A DNA stretch of 58,454 nucleotides from an uncultured Candidatus Saccharibacteria bacterium (GCA_964425625.1 CAYRMI010000002.1:1-58454); one strand, 5' to 3'. Shown: positions 18,027 to 28,548, counted from the stretch's first letter. Program-made: numbers and translations. The notes: generated by a model not told the origin, from the sequence alone.

Positions 18027-19589
18027 ATGAATGACTTAGATCAAGGGCATCTCTTGCCATACGCTCGACGACAGGATTTTCGAGTCGGTCGAGCGACTGA
18101 TTTGGCTGGTCGTCAGCGCCTGTTTTACCGCCTTTTGGAAATCTTACCAGGCGCTTTTTCTTGGCTTACCCTAATCGGGGTAGTGTTACTGTCTATTTAT
18201 GTTCCTTTTGTGGCGTCATATTTTGTGATTGCTTTTGCCTTATACTGGGTTCTGAAAACCGCCTTTCTCTCTTACCACTTAAGATATAACTGGAAAAGAC
18301 TTCGTCATCATATGTCACTTGATTGGCAAGGAATGATTGCGAGGTTCAATTATGATCACTTATATCACGTAGTAATTTTGCCTTTTTATAAAGAACCAGA
18401 TGAGGTGGTAGCGGCCAGTCTCGAGTCACTCGTGCGCGTACACTATGATAAAAAAAATATTATTATTGTGCTGGCTGCCGAAGAGAGAGCCGGAGAATCA
18501 GGTCTCAGGACCTTAGATAACATGAAGAATCGTTATGCATCGCAATTCGGTTTCTTTTTGACCACAATTCATCCGGCGGACCAGCCTGGAGAAATAATCG
18601 GTAAAGGCTCAAACGCCTCTTATGCTGCTGAACAGGTAAGGAAGCAGGTATTAGATGTGCATGGTATCCCTTACAGCGAAACCCTGGTCTCTATTTTTGA
18701 TATTGATACAGTTTTGTATCCAGATTATCTTAATTGTTTAGTGTGGCATTTTATGACGGCCGAAAGACCGCTCAAAAGTTCATTTCAACCAGTACCAATT
18801 TTTAATAATAATATCTGGGAGGCACCAGCCGTCTCACGGGTAGTGGCCATGAGTAGTACTTTTTGGGAGATGATCCAACAAGAGCGACCAGAGCGCATGG
18901 CAACTTTTTCATCACACTCGGTGAGCTTCCAGGCGCTCTATGAAGTGGGGTATTGGCAAACTAATATGGTTAGTGAAGACTCGCGTATCTTCTGGAACTT
19001 GCTGATTGCCAATAATGGTCAGTACGATGTAATACCGCTATCTTATCCGGTATCGATGGATGCTAATGCCACTTCGTCTTTATGGCGAACCCTGGTGCAG
19101 ATTTATAAGCAACATCGTCGGTGGACTTACGGCGTGGAAAATCTCTGCTATGTTATTTATCATTTCACCCAAAACAAAACCATTCCTTTAGCGCAACGCC
19201 TAAAGATAACCTTTCAACAGGCGGAAGGTTACTGGTCTCTGGTGACTAACCCTATCATGCTTTTTATTCTCGGCTGGGCACCAATATTTCTCGGTGGACA
19301 GGAGTTCCACCAAACTGTCTTGTCTTACAATTTACCAATTATGGTGCGTGACTTACTCATTCTTGCTATGTTTGGTTTGGTGATTTCCTCAATTATTTCA
19401 CTGTCACTAATCCCACCTCGACCAAATGGTGCTAGTCGTTTCAAATATTTGGTAATGGCGGTGCAGTGGGTGATGGTACCGGCGACTATGATTATCTTTA
19501 GTGCCATCCCGGGACTTGATGCTCAAACCAGATTGATGTTTGGCAAATATATGGGCTTTTGGGTAACTCCTAAAGAGCGAAAGCTGTGA
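18027..19589 (+). CDS. Membrane glycosyltransferase, family 2-like
   Basis: GKGSN, IFDIDT (DxD), SEDSR, QHRRW (QxxRW) and flanking TM helices. Confidence 0.88.
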   Translation: MNDLDQGHLLPYARRQDFRVGRATDLAGRQRLFYRLLEILPGAFSWLTLIGVVLLSIYVPFVASYFVIAFALYWVLKTAFLSYHLRYNWKRLRHHMSLDWQGMIARFNYDHLYHVVILPFYKEPDEVVAASLESLVRVHYDKKNIIIVLAAEERAGESGLRTLDNMKNRYASQFGFFLTTIHPADQPGEIIGKGSNASYAAEQVRKQVLDVHGIPYSETLVSIFDIDTVLYPDYLNCLVWHFMTAERPLKSSFQPVPIFNNNIWEAPAVSRVVAMSSTFWEMIQQERPERMATFSSHSVSFQALYEVGYWQTNMVSEDSRIFWNLLIANNGQYDVIPLSYPVSMDANATSSLWRTLVQIYKQHRRWTYGVENLCYVIYHFTQNKTIPLAQRLKITFQQAEGYWSLVTNPIMLFILGWAPIFLGGQEFHQTVLSYNLPIMVRDLLILAMFGLVISSIISLSLIPPRPNGASRFKYLVMAVQWVMVPATMIIFSAIPGLDAQTRLMFGKYMGFWVTPKERKL

Positions 19590-19601
19590 TAATGTATTTA
19601 T

Positions 19602-20747
19602 ATGCAACCAAAAGTTAAACCATTATCACTCTGGCGCCGAAAATTTGTGTTTGGCAGTTTACTACTAGCTTTTTTGGTTAGCCTGCCAGTTTTTATGTTT
19701 TATGCGACGGGGTACCGTTATGATTTTACTGCCAAAAAACCAACTTTCACAGCGACTGGAGCCTTCTATATTGTCGCTGATACGCCTGATAATGAGATTT
19801 ATTTAGACGATGAACTAGCCACCAATGTTCGTTCTTTTCGCAATGCCTTTTATCTGCAGGGGATAGAGCCGGGTATTCATAAAGTACACGTACAAGCTCC
19901 TTTGGTACATACTTGGGTAAAAGAATTACCCGTGGTTGCACATATCGTGACTGAAGTTAGTACTTTCAACTTACCGTTATTACCACAAGTTAGATTAATA
20001 CCAGAATATTTGTCAGTTAATAATGTCGCGGTGATTTTTGCAAAAAGTTCAACCACCCCCGTCTTGTCATATATCGGTACATCAACCCCTTTCTTAATGG
20101 CTACAACTACCGCTACTTCAACGTATCGTGTAAATCAAGAATACTCACTACTGCAAACTCTTTTTACCGAGCAAGCCTCCACAACTGTCGCGCGAATTTT
20201 ACAGCAAGAGGAGATACGTAATAATAACTTTGGCTTTTCTACTTCATCAAAAATCGATGTTGTAGAGGACCAGTTTGGTACCACCACTGTAGCCCATAAC
20301 AACGTCACTTTGTTTGAGAGGGGAGGAGAGGTCTTTGCTTTAGCTGAGCCGACAAGTTTCCGAGAAGTACCTTATTACTTTTGTACTCCAACTATCACCG
20401 AAGAAGATATAGTAGCTGATGCGACAGAGGCTGAGATCGAGTTAGAAGAGATGATTAGTAAAGAAGAAAATGTAGCAGAAGAAAACGGTACCTGTCGTGA
20501 GGAGATCAAAATCCACAGTCAAGGACAGACAGTGGTGGGTTTTAATTTCTTCCCCACTAATCCAAATTTGGTACTTTTACACTTAACCGATGGGGTGTAT
20601 GTAATCGAGATAGACGATCGGGCCTGGCAAAACGTTCAGCCACTATATTTAGGTAGAGACTTAGAAATGTTGATTTACCGTGATGGCATTTTTATAAAAG
20701 AACAAGGTTTAATCTTCGAGGTTTTGCCGGAAATTTTGGTAATTTAG
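19602..20747 (+). CDS. Membrane-anchored PEGA-like domain protein
   Basis: N-terminal TM followed by YATGYRYDF; TPDNEIYLDD...GIEPGIHKVHV. Confidence 0.6.
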   Translation: MQPKVKPLSLWRRKFVFGSLLLAFLVSLPVFMFYATGYRYDFTAKKPTFTATGAFYIVADTPDNEIYLDDELATNVRSFRNAFYLQGIEPGIHKVHVQAPLVHTWVKELPVVAHIVTEVSTFNLPLLPQVRLIPEYLSVNNVAVIFAKSSTTPVLSYIGTSTPFLMATTTATSTYRVNQEYSLLQTLFTEQASTTVARILQQEEIRNNNFGFSTSSKIDVVEDQFGTTTVAHNNVTLFERGGEVFALAEPTSFREVPYYFCTPTITEEDIVADATEAEIELEEMISKEENVAEENGTCREEIKIHSQGQTVVGFNFFPTNPNLVLLHLTDGVYVIEIDDRAWQNVQPLYLGRDLEMLIYRDGIFIKEQGLIFEVLPEILVI

Positions 20748-20887
20748 CAACCTTGAAAAAGCTTACCCTCCTTCAGGTTAATTTAGTAAATAGCCAATAA
20801 ATACTCTCATTCACTTAGTTATTTAGACAGACAAATAGGTAAAAATTTGCTATAATATCCGCATATTTTTTAGTAAGTAATTTCGGC

Positions 20888-22957
20888 ATGGCAGAAAAAA
20901 AAGATAAGAAAACGGGTAATTATGACGCATCGTCAATTTCAGTCCTTGAGGGATTGGATCCGGTACGTAAACGACCAGGTATGTACATTGGTACAACCGG
21001 TCCAGAAGGTTTACATCATTTGATCTGGGAGGTTTTCGATAACTCACGCGATGAAGCGATGGGTGGTTTTGCCAATCGGGTGGAGGTAATGCTTCTGCCT
21101 GACGGTTATGTGCGGGTGGTCGATAATGGTCGTGGTATTCCAGTTGACATGCATAAGCAGACTGGGGTATCGGCTCTGGAAACAATTCTTTGTACACTAC
21201 ACGCTGGCGGTAAATTTGGCGGTGAGGATAGTGGCTATAAAGTCTCAGGTGGTTTGCATGGGGTGGGTGTATCGGTAGTCAACGCTCTGTCAATTCACGT
21301 AATAGCGGAAGTACATCGTGATGGAGGTTATTTTATTCAGGAATACAATATCGGTAAACCAAAGGCTAAGGTTAAAAAAGTAGGCTCATCAAAACTACAA
21401 GGTACCATTATTACCTTCAAACCTGATCCTGCGATTTTTCCCGATACCACATTTGATTATAAAAAGATCGTCAACCATTTGCGTCAGCAGGCGTACTTAG
21501 TTAAGGCGATGCGGTTGTCAGTCCTTGATGCTCGTGATTTGGATGAAAAAGCGCAAAAAAGGCTCGACCTGCGAGGGGTTCAGTATGTCAGTGATTTACA
21601 CTTGGAAGTACCACAAAACCATTTTTATTTTGAGGGAGGTTTACGTTCACTCGTGGCCTTCAATAACCACTACCAGAAACCTGTTCATAAGAACATCTTC
21701 TACGTAGAAAAGAATGACGTAGACAAGGCTGTCTTATCAGTGGAAGTGGCTTTGCAGTACGTTGATGATATATCGGCTCGTATTTCCGCTTTTGCTAATA
21801 ATATCTACAACCCAGAGCAGGGGACTCATGTTACTGGCTTCAAAACCGCTTTGACGCGCACCCTCAATAACTACGCCAAGAAAAATAACTTCTTTTCGGT
21901 CAAAGAAAAAGATGCTGGTTTCACTGGAGACGATGTACTCGAGGGAATTACGGCAGTGATTTCGGTAAAGATGCCAGAGATACAATTTGAAGGTCAAACA
22001 AAGGCCAAGCTTGGTTCAGTCGAGGCACGGGGAGCGGTTGAGTCGGTTTTTGGTGAAGCTTTTAACAATTATCTGGAAGAGAATCCTGATGATGCCAAAG
22101 CTATCCTCAATAAAGTTATTATTGCGGTCAAGGCGCGTAAGGCAGCTAAGGCAGCCAAGGATAGTGTGCTACGCAAGGGAGCACTCGAAGGTATGTCGTT
22201 ACCGGGTAAGTTGGCTGATTGTCAGAGTAAGCGGGCCGAAGACTCTGAGTTGTTTATTGTGGAAGGGGACTCAGCCGGTGGCTCGGCCAAAATGGGTCGA
22301 GACCGAAAGACGCAAGCTATCTTGGCTTTACGCGGAAAGATTCTTAACGTTGAACGGGCCCGCATCGATAAGATGTTGGCCTCTGAGCAAATAAAGAATG
22401 TGGTAATTGCCCTAGGGACAGCCATTGGCGATGTGTTTGATATCGGTCGTTTGCGTTACCATAAGATTATTATTGCCACTGATGCTGATGTTGATGGAGC
22501 GCACATTCGTACTCTACTCTTAACTTTGTTTTATCGTTACTTCAAGCCACTGGTAGAAGCTGGTCACATTTACATCGCCCAGCCACCTTTGTATAAAGTG
22601 CAGTTTGGTAAAGAAATTCACTATGCTTTTAGTGACGAAGAGAAGTTTTCGGTGTTACGTGAATTAGGAGTTGAAACCACCGAGGAAGTGGAAGAGGAAG
22701 ATAATGCTGACGAGGAAGTAGAGGTGGTTAAGAAACAAAGTAAAGCACGCATCCAGCGTTATAAGGGTCTTGGGGAGATGAATGCTGATGAGTTATGGGA
22801 GACGACTATGAATCCGGAATTTCGAATCCTTAAACAAGTAACGATTGACGACGCGCTGTTAGCCGATAAAGTTTTTGATATTTTGATGGGAACCGATGTT
22901 TCTAGTCGAAAATCATTTATTCAATCAAATGCCCGGTTGGCAAACCTAGATATTTAG
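20888..22957 (+). CDS. gyrB: DNA gyrase subunit B
   Basis: VRKRPGMYIG, LHAGGKF, GGLHGVG, VEGDSAGGSAK, DADVDGAHI, QRYKGLGEMN, ELWETTM. Confidence 0.93.
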   Translation: MAEKKDKKTGNYDASSISVLEGLDPVRKRPGMYIGTTGPEGLHHLIWEVFDNSRDEAMGGFANRVEVMLLPDGYVRVVDNGRGIPVDMHKQTGVSALETILCTLHAGGKFGGEDSGYKVSGGLHGVGVSVVNALSIHVIAEVHRDGGYFIQEYNIGKPKAKVKKVGSSKLQGTIITFKPDPAIFPDTTFDYKKIVNHLRQQAYLVKAMRLSVLDARDLDEKAQKRLDLRGVQYVSDLHLEVPQNHFYFEGGLRSLVAFNNHYQKPVHKNIFYVEKNDVDKAVLSVEVALQYVDDISARISAFANNIYNPEQGTHVTGFKTALTRTLNNYAKKNNFFSVKEKDAGFTGDDVLEGITAVISVKMPEIQFEGQTKAKLGSVEARGAVESVFGEAFNNYLEENPDDAKAILNKVIIAVKARKAAKAAKDSVLRKGALEGMSLPGKLADCQSKRAEDSELFIVEGDSAGGSAKMGRDRKTQAILALRGKILNVERARIDKMLASEQIKNVVIALGTAIGDVFDIGRLRYHKIIIATDADVDGAHIRTLLLTLFYRYFKPLVEAGHIYIAQPPLYKVQFGKEIHYAFSDEEKFSVLRELGVETTEEVEEEDNADEEVEVVKKQSKARIQRYKGLGEMNADELWETTMNPEFRILKQVTIDDALLADKVFDILMGTDVSSRKSFIQSNARLANLDI

Positions 22958-22962
22958 TTTTA

Positions 22963-23018
22963 GCTTAAGTCACAAAAATACCTTTGCTTAAAAGCAAAGG
23001 TATTTTTGTTACTTAAGC
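22963..23018. terminator. Long hairpin between convergent genes
   Basis: ACAAAAATACCTTTGCTT..AAGCAAAGGTATTTTTGT extended by GCTTAAGT/ACTTAAGC. Confidence 0.75.
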
Positions 23019-23032
23019 GGTGTCAAATAAAC

Positions 23033-24163
23033 TTACTTAGACACCAACGCACTAGCTTTAAATGAGTTATTTCCATTATTGGCGTCAATCTGGGTATCAA
23101 CGACTACGCTGAAGTTTTCTAAGCGAGAGCTGGTAACCGCTGGGAACTCGATCGTTAAGACAGCCCTTTCATTAGGGAGGAGAGTCTTTTCATTACCACT
23201 CTGGTAATTATAGTCGCCCGGTAATTTGGCTTGGTATGACCAAACTTCAGAAGTTTTGTTGCCAATATTGTGTACTGAAAATTGGATAGCACCGACTTCT
23301 CCCGCTCTGATAGTGTTGGTCTTGGTAAAGACACCTGATTTTAAAGTTCCAACACCAAGATAAACAACGGCTAGATCGGGAGTTCCTTTAGGATTAGAAA
23401 CCGGTAACTCGTAGATATAGACGGGATTTGAATCAACGAAAGTCTCTACTGGTTTGGTCGGTTTAGTGTTGGTAGGTTTAGTGACTATATTTGGTGTTGT
23501 TGTGGCTACTGGCACAACTGTAGTTACTGGAGGCTTTACGTCTGGAGAGGTTGTTGCAACCGCTGGGGTAGTGGTAGCTACTCCAGCCACTTCAGGTGCT
23601 ATTGGTTTAGTGGTGGTACTGATTTCAGTCTCGATTGCAATCGAAGCGTTGACAATCGTGGTGGTGGCACTTTGACTAATAGTCGAGGAGGTACTATTGG
23701 AACGATAAAAATGTATAGTATACCCAACGTCAGTAAAACGCTCATTTTTTGTAATGATAGAAAGGTTAATCGACTCGACTGATCCTAAATCATACTTTTT
23801 CTCACATTCCAAGCTGGAGAAATTATTGCCGGAAGTTGAAAGATTTATAGAAGACACGGTGTCCTGATTACAGGCATAACTGAAGGCATAAGTGCCCCTG
23901 TTGTTTGATTTAGTCCAAGAAATAGAAAATGGCTGTCCGGAGTTAACTAAGGTAGCACTGGTATGTAAATTCAATTCGATGGTTTCTAGAGGATTGTAGG
24001 TATAGACGCTTCCGGCGATAGAGGCTAAGGAAGACAGGGCAGAAGGGAAGATGTTAACAATTTGGACTGCTAGCCAAGCGATTAAAATAATAACTCCAAC
24101 TAGGCCCGCTAAGGCCAAAGTCTTGATGACTGGTTGCTTTTGCTCGGGGGTAATATTATTCAT
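23033..24163 (-). CDS. Membrane-anchored surface protein, Thr/Pro linker, C-terminal CARDB-like Ig domain
   Basis: N-terminal TM; TTP-rich linker; PDLAV...FSVHNIGNK...VVVDTQIDANNGNN. Confidence 0.7.
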   Translation of the reverse strand: MNNITPEQKQPVIKTLALAGLVGVIILIAWLAVQIVNIFPSALSSLASIAGSVYTYNPLETIELNLHTSATLVNSGQPFSISWTKSNNRGTYAFSYACNQDTVSSINLSTSGNNFSSLECEKKYDLGSVESINLSIITKNERFTDVGYTIHFYRSNSTSSTISQSATTTIVNASIAIETEISTTTKPIAPEVAGVATTTPAVATTSPDVKPPVTTVVPVATTTPNIVTKPTNTKPTKPVETFVDSNPVYIYELPVSNPKGTPDLAVVYLGVGTLKSGVFTKTNTIRAGEVGAIQFSVHNIGNKTSEVWSYQAKLPGDYNYQSGNEKTLLPNERAVLTIEFPAVTSSRLENFSVVVDTQIDANNGNNSFKASALVSK

Positions 24164-24272
24164 AGTGGCTACCTTTTACCATAGATTAGATATTATGTCA
24201 ATCATAGTGAAAAGTTCGCTTGCTACTTATTGACTTTTTTGTATAGTGTGCTATTATTAAAAAACTTATATT

Positions 24273-24962
24273 ATGCAAGTAGAAACCTGGGATCAATTGA
24301 TAGATGCGTTGCTGTTGCGAAAAATATCATTCGTGGTGACATTTTTTGTGGTTTTTCTTTTGTCATATGCCTTATTATCGTGGTTAGATTGGTTACCTGA
24401 GCCAATCATAGAATCAGAGACAACAGTTGAAGAAAAAGTTTTAGAAACCGCTTTAATGATGGGGGTAGTTGACTCTTTAATATCAAAAGATGAAGAACAG
24501 CCAGTGATACTTCCAAGCAGACCATTATTTCCTGATACTATAGTAATAGATAAATTAGACAGGACAATTCCAGTACTAAATCCTACTTCAAAGACGGTTG
24601 AAGATCTGGACGCCTCGCTTCTCTATGGAGTAGTAAGACATCCTGATTCGGCGACACTCGAACAAATCGGTACAGTGTTTGTGCTAGGACATTCTAGCTA
24701 TCTACCTACCGTGCTCAACCGAAATTTCCAAGCTTTCAATGGAATTCAGAATTTACAATTTGGTGACACTATTCGTCTGCAGTCAGAAGAAGTCGAATAC
24801 GTATATCGAGTCGATCGAGTATATCGAGCCAAAGCTCAGGATGTAACTGTACCGATAGCCGGTGATGTCCAGCGCTTAGTTTTGGCCACCTGTAATAGTT
24901 TTGGTACTGTAGATGACCGCTATATTGTCGAGGCCGGCTTACTAGAGACGAAAACTCTCTAA
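24273..24962 (+). CDS. Sortase family transpeptidase
   Basis: N-terminal TM; GHSS (His); LVLATC (TLxTC-like Cys); DRYIVEA (Arg). Confidence 0.85.
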   Translation: MQVETWDQLIDALLLRKISFVVTFFVVFLLSYALLSWLDWLPEPIIESETTVEEKVLETALMMGVVDSLISKDEEQPVILPSRPLFPDTIVIDKLDRTIPVLNPTSKTVEDLDASLLYGVVRHPDSATLEQIGTVFVLGHSSYLPTVLNRNFQAFNGIQNLQFGDTIRLQSEEVEYVYRVDRVYRAKAQDVTVPIAGDVQRLVLATCNSFGTVDDRYIVEAGLLETKTL

Positions 24963-24991
24963 TTGACAAAATCGATATTATAAGATATCAT
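24963..24991 (+). promoter_or_regulatory. Near-consensus promoter for the large Ig-repeat gene
   Basis: TTGACA-17-TATCAT. Confidence 0.65.
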
Positions 24992-25150
24992 TTTACAAAC
25001 TTACTATTGTTCCTCCCGCCAAGCTAGTAGCTGGCAAGTCCTTTCTCTCCTCCTAATCAGTTTAAAAGTAAATCTAGGCTTAGACTCTAGGTTTAGTTCG
25101 TGGTTTTTATAACTCTTGCGTACATGGGTGTAGGTAGGGGTTCAAAAATT

Positions 25151-28100
25151 ATGAATAAAAGAAAAGACTATATGTTGTTTAATTACATTACAAAAAAAAT
25201 AGTATTAATACTAACCATCTTTTTCGTTGTGGCGGGGGCCTTTTCAGGCGACCTAGGCAACTTACAGAATGGTTCTACTTTATTTGTTCCCCAAACCGTT
25301 TCGGCCTTTGAGCTTACTCCGCCACCACTACCGGATCCGATTGTGCGGACTTGTGTAGTGACGGCTAGTGCCTATGAAGTACCAACTGGAGCAGATTTGG
25401 TAATTTCTTGGCAGACTACAGGCTATACTATCTATACGCTGAATGGTCAGACAATCAATGGACCAAGCGGATCTAAAACTTTCCACAACATTCAAGAAAG
25501 TGATTCCTACACCCTAGTGGCATCTGATGAAAGTGGTAATACCTGTACTTCAAAAGTAACTGTTTATTGTATACCAGTACCACCACCAACTTGTACGCTG
25601 ACCCCAACCACTAAAACAATTAACAGTGGTGAAGCGGTTACCCTAGCCTGGACTACTACCAATGCCAATAGTGCTACCTTGACTGATTTTGGTACGGTGT
25701 CACTCAATGGTTCACAAGGCACTGGCGCTCTAACCGCTAGCAAAACTTATGTCTTATCCGTTTTAGGTAAGAATGGTAATACTATTAGTTGTCAGTCAGT
25801 GATTACGGTAACTCCACCAGTCCCCACGTTCTGTGAATTGAGAATTACCAAGTCGGTTGATAAAACGTCTGCTCGACCTGGTGATGAAGTTAATTACTCT
25901 ATTTTTATAAAGAATATTGGTACAGGTAACTGTAGTGGAAGTGGTGTGAAGATTGTTGATGTACATGATTCACAACTGACATTTATTAGTGCCGGCCAGT
26001 CTAGCAATATACTCCCTGGCTACACTGATATTCCTCTCTACACTGCCAGTACTAGGACGATTGTCTGGAACGGTGACGTCTTAACACCAGGCGAAGAGGG
26101 AACCATGACCTGGAAAGCTCGAATAAATAGTCTGGCCTGTGACACTTCAAAGTTGGTCAAAAATACTGCTAAGGCTACGGCTTTGGAGTTGGGTAACTAT
26201 ACGCAGTGGGTAAATAGCAATATTGTCGAGACCACGGTTACGGCTAATGCTTGTCCGATTCCTGCTCCGACTTGTTCTATGACTCCAGCCAGTATTACTA
26301 TCAACTCTGGTGAAGCAGTGACTTTGACTTGGGTCACTACTAATGCTTCGACCACTAGCCTAACTAGCTTTAACACCGTCCCTCTTAATGGTTCACAAAA
26401 CACTGGTGCTCTAACCGCTAGCAAAACTTATGTCTTGTCGGTCTTGGGTAAGAATGGTAATACCATTAGTTGCCAGTCGGTTATCAATGTAAAAGATACT
26501 CCACCAGCTCCCTCTTGTGATACTTTTACCGCTAACCCAAGTACTATCTTAAAGGGAGGAACTTCGACCTTAGCTTGGACTACTAGTAACATTACTCGGG
26601 TAGTTATAGATAACGGAATTGGTGAAGTGAGAGCGACTGGTACTTTAAGCGTATCGCCACTGTCGACGATTGAATATACACTTAAGGCTTACGGTGTAAG
26701 TGGAGCAGAAGCAACCTGCAAGGCTAAAATTACGGTTAACGAAATACCAGTTATTCCATTACCAGAATGTCTTTCTTTTGTTGCCTCACCTAGTACTTTG
26801 CCAGTTGGAGGTGGAAATGTAGTATTAACTTGGACTACCAAAAATGGTATTAGCGCCTCAATCTTGCCAACGATTGGAGCTGTCAGTTTAAACGGTTCGA
26901 CCACGGTAGCGGTGGCCACTTCGACCAACTTTACCTTAACGGTGCTTGGTCAAAATAATAAGTCAGTGTCATGTGTGGCTCCTGTTATAGTGACTCCTCC
27001 GGTGCCTGTACCGTTTACTTGTGCTAATAACGTCAATTTCTCGGCCAACCCAACTAAGATTAGTCGTGGTGATAATAGTGTTCTTATTTGGACTACTAAT
27101 GGGGTTGATAGCTTAAGTTTAAATCAGGGAATTTCTGCCACTGGTTTAAGTAGCTCAGTGACAGTAGAACCACAAACTACTACTACTTATACACTAACAG
27201 CCAAAAAGGGATCTGAGACAATTTCATGTCCAGTGACAGTGGAAGTAACTACCGGTGGCGGGGGAGGCGGGTCATCATCTCCAACTTGTGAACTAACTGT
27301 TTCCAAGAATAAGATTAAGTCTGGTGATACGGTTACGTTGCGCTGGGATAGCAACCGAGCTACCAATCTAGAATTGATTGATTCAAAAAATAAAGTCTTG
27401 GTGACAACTAAAAACAAGCTAGCAGATGACAAGGACGAATTATTTGATGGTTCAATTAAGGTTTCACCTAAGTCTGATACTACCTATACTTTGACCGTAG
27501 AGCGTGGTTCACGCGATCGGGTGTGTAAAGTAAAAGTAGAGGTTGAGGATAAGCTCGTCGTGACACAGGTGAGAGAGCAAAAGCCACTTATTGCTGGTAT
27601 AGCTTTGACGCAAGTACCATACACTGGTTTTGCGGCTGGTCCAATTATGACCATGTCATTCTATCTGCTATTGATTAGTTGGGCACTTTACTTAGCTTAT
27701 GTACTGGTGATAAAGCGTGATGTGATTGGTGGTTACAAATTAGCGCCTTCTCACATTGTAGCCGAAGCACCAACCCCAGAAGAAATTAGACCGGAATTGT
27801 TTGTTGCTTCAGTTAAAACTCCAATAGCACCAACGTTGATGCATGTTCAACCAAATAATTTGCCGGTTGCTCAAGCAGTGGTCGGTTATGCCAAAAGCCC
27901 CGAAGTGGCTCAGCTGACAGTAGCTCCTACCGTGAAGAGTTTTTCTCAGCAAGCAACGGATGAGGTGGTTACAGCGATAGAAAACCATGCTCATGCTAAG
28001 CGAGCACTACTCTCGAGCGATGCTATTCGACAACTGATTGGTTCAACTAGCAGTTTTGAAGACAGTATCGCAACTCTCAATGAAGTAATTTTGGAAGCAA

Positions 28101-28534
28101 AATCCAAGTATCCATCAGAAGATGGTTGGGTAGTGATTAACGAGAAGCGAATGCATGAACTCTGTCTAAGTTGTAAGGCTAAGCCAGTACCTTCTAGTGT
28201 AGCGCCTTATATACCGACAGTTATACCAGATGGTTCTGGCTCGCTTGCAGAGGCGATTGTGACCGGTAATATTATAGCGGCTTACGAGATGATTGGTCAC
28301 CGACCGATGTTTGCTTTAGCTGACGCAGCTACTGATATGGACTCAGTTTATCGTTATCGTCGTGGTGAAAAAGAAGTTATCTCGGAGTTACTCCTTGAGG
28401 CGACGGCTAAATTAACCGATGATCAATTAAAGAAAATTATTGAAGCTTTAACCGGAGCCTTGGATGGTACTTATACCGATGAGGCGTCAGCGGTGAAGAT
28501 GGCGATTATGAAGGCGGTTAAGGTAGTAGCATAA
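25151..28534 (+). CDS. Large surface protein: Cys-bridged Ig-like repeats, DUF11-like domain, VPYTG motif, TM helix, about 270-aa C-terminal domain
   Basis: Repeated PTC.L...TL.WTT units; LRITKSVDK...PGDEVNYSIFIKNIG (DUF11-like); VPYTG at 27614-27628 then a hydrophobic helix. Start could be 25100, 25151 or 25172. Confidence 0.8.
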   Translation: MNKRKDYMLFNYITKKIVLILTIFFVVAGAFSGDLGNLQNGSTLFVPQTVSAFELTPPPLPDPIVRTCVVTASAYEVPTGADLVISWQTTGYTIYTLNGQTINGPSGSKTFHNIQESDSYTLVASDESGNTCTSKVTVYCIPVPPPTCTLTPTTKTINSGEAVTLAWTTTNANSATLTDFGTVSLNGSQGTGALTASKTYVLSVLGKNGNTISCQSVITVTPPVPTFCELRITKSVDKTSARPGDEVNYSIFIKNIGTGNCSGSGVKIVDVHDSQLTFISAGQSSNILPGYTDIPLYTASTRTIVWNGDVLTPGEEGTMTWKARINSLACDTSKLVKNTAKATALELGNYTQWVNSNIVETTVTANACPIPAPTCSMTPASITINSGEAVTLTWVTTNASTTSLTSFNTVPLNGSQNTGALTASKTYVLSVLGKNGNTISCQSVINVKDTPPAPSCDTFTANPSTILKGGTSTLAWTTSNITRVVIDNGIGEVRATGTLSVSPLSTIEYTLKAYGVSGAEATCKAKITVNEIPVIPLPECLSFVASPSTLPVGGGNVVLTWTTKNGISASILPTIGAVSLNGSTTVAVATSTNFTLTVLGQNNKSVSCVAPVIVTPPVPVPFTCANNVNFSANPTKISRGDNSVLIWTTNGVDSLSLNQGISATGLSSSVTVEPQTTTTYTLTAKKGSETISCPVTVEVTTGGGGGGSSSPTCELTVSKNKIKSGDTVTLRWDSNRATNLELIDSKNKVLVTTKNKLADDKDELFDGSIKVSPKSDTTYTLTVERGSRDRVCKVKVEVEDKLVVTQVREQKPLIAGIALTQVPYTGFAAGPIMTMSFYLLLISWALYLAYVLVIKRDVIGGYKLAPSHIVAEAPTPEEIRPELFVASVKTPIAPTLMHVQPNNLPVAQAVVGYAKSPEVAQLTVAPTVKSFSQQATDEVVTAIENHAHAKRALLSSDAIRQLIGSTSSFEDSIATLNEVILEAKSKYPSEDGWVVINEKRMHELCLSCKAKPVPSSVAPYIPTVIPDGSGSLAEAIVTGNIIAAYEMIGHRPMFALADAATDMDSVYRYRRGEKEVISELLLEATAKLTDDQLKKIIEALTGALDGTYTDEASAVKMAIMKAVKVVA
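25586..26485 (+). repeat. Two copies of a 219-bp Ig-domain unit (25586-25804 and 26267-26485)
   Basis: Offset 681 bp. GCTCTAACCGCTAGCAAAACTTATGTCTT is identical at 25727 and 26408. Confidence 0.9.
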
Positions 28535-28548
28535 CTCTTATTTTAGAA

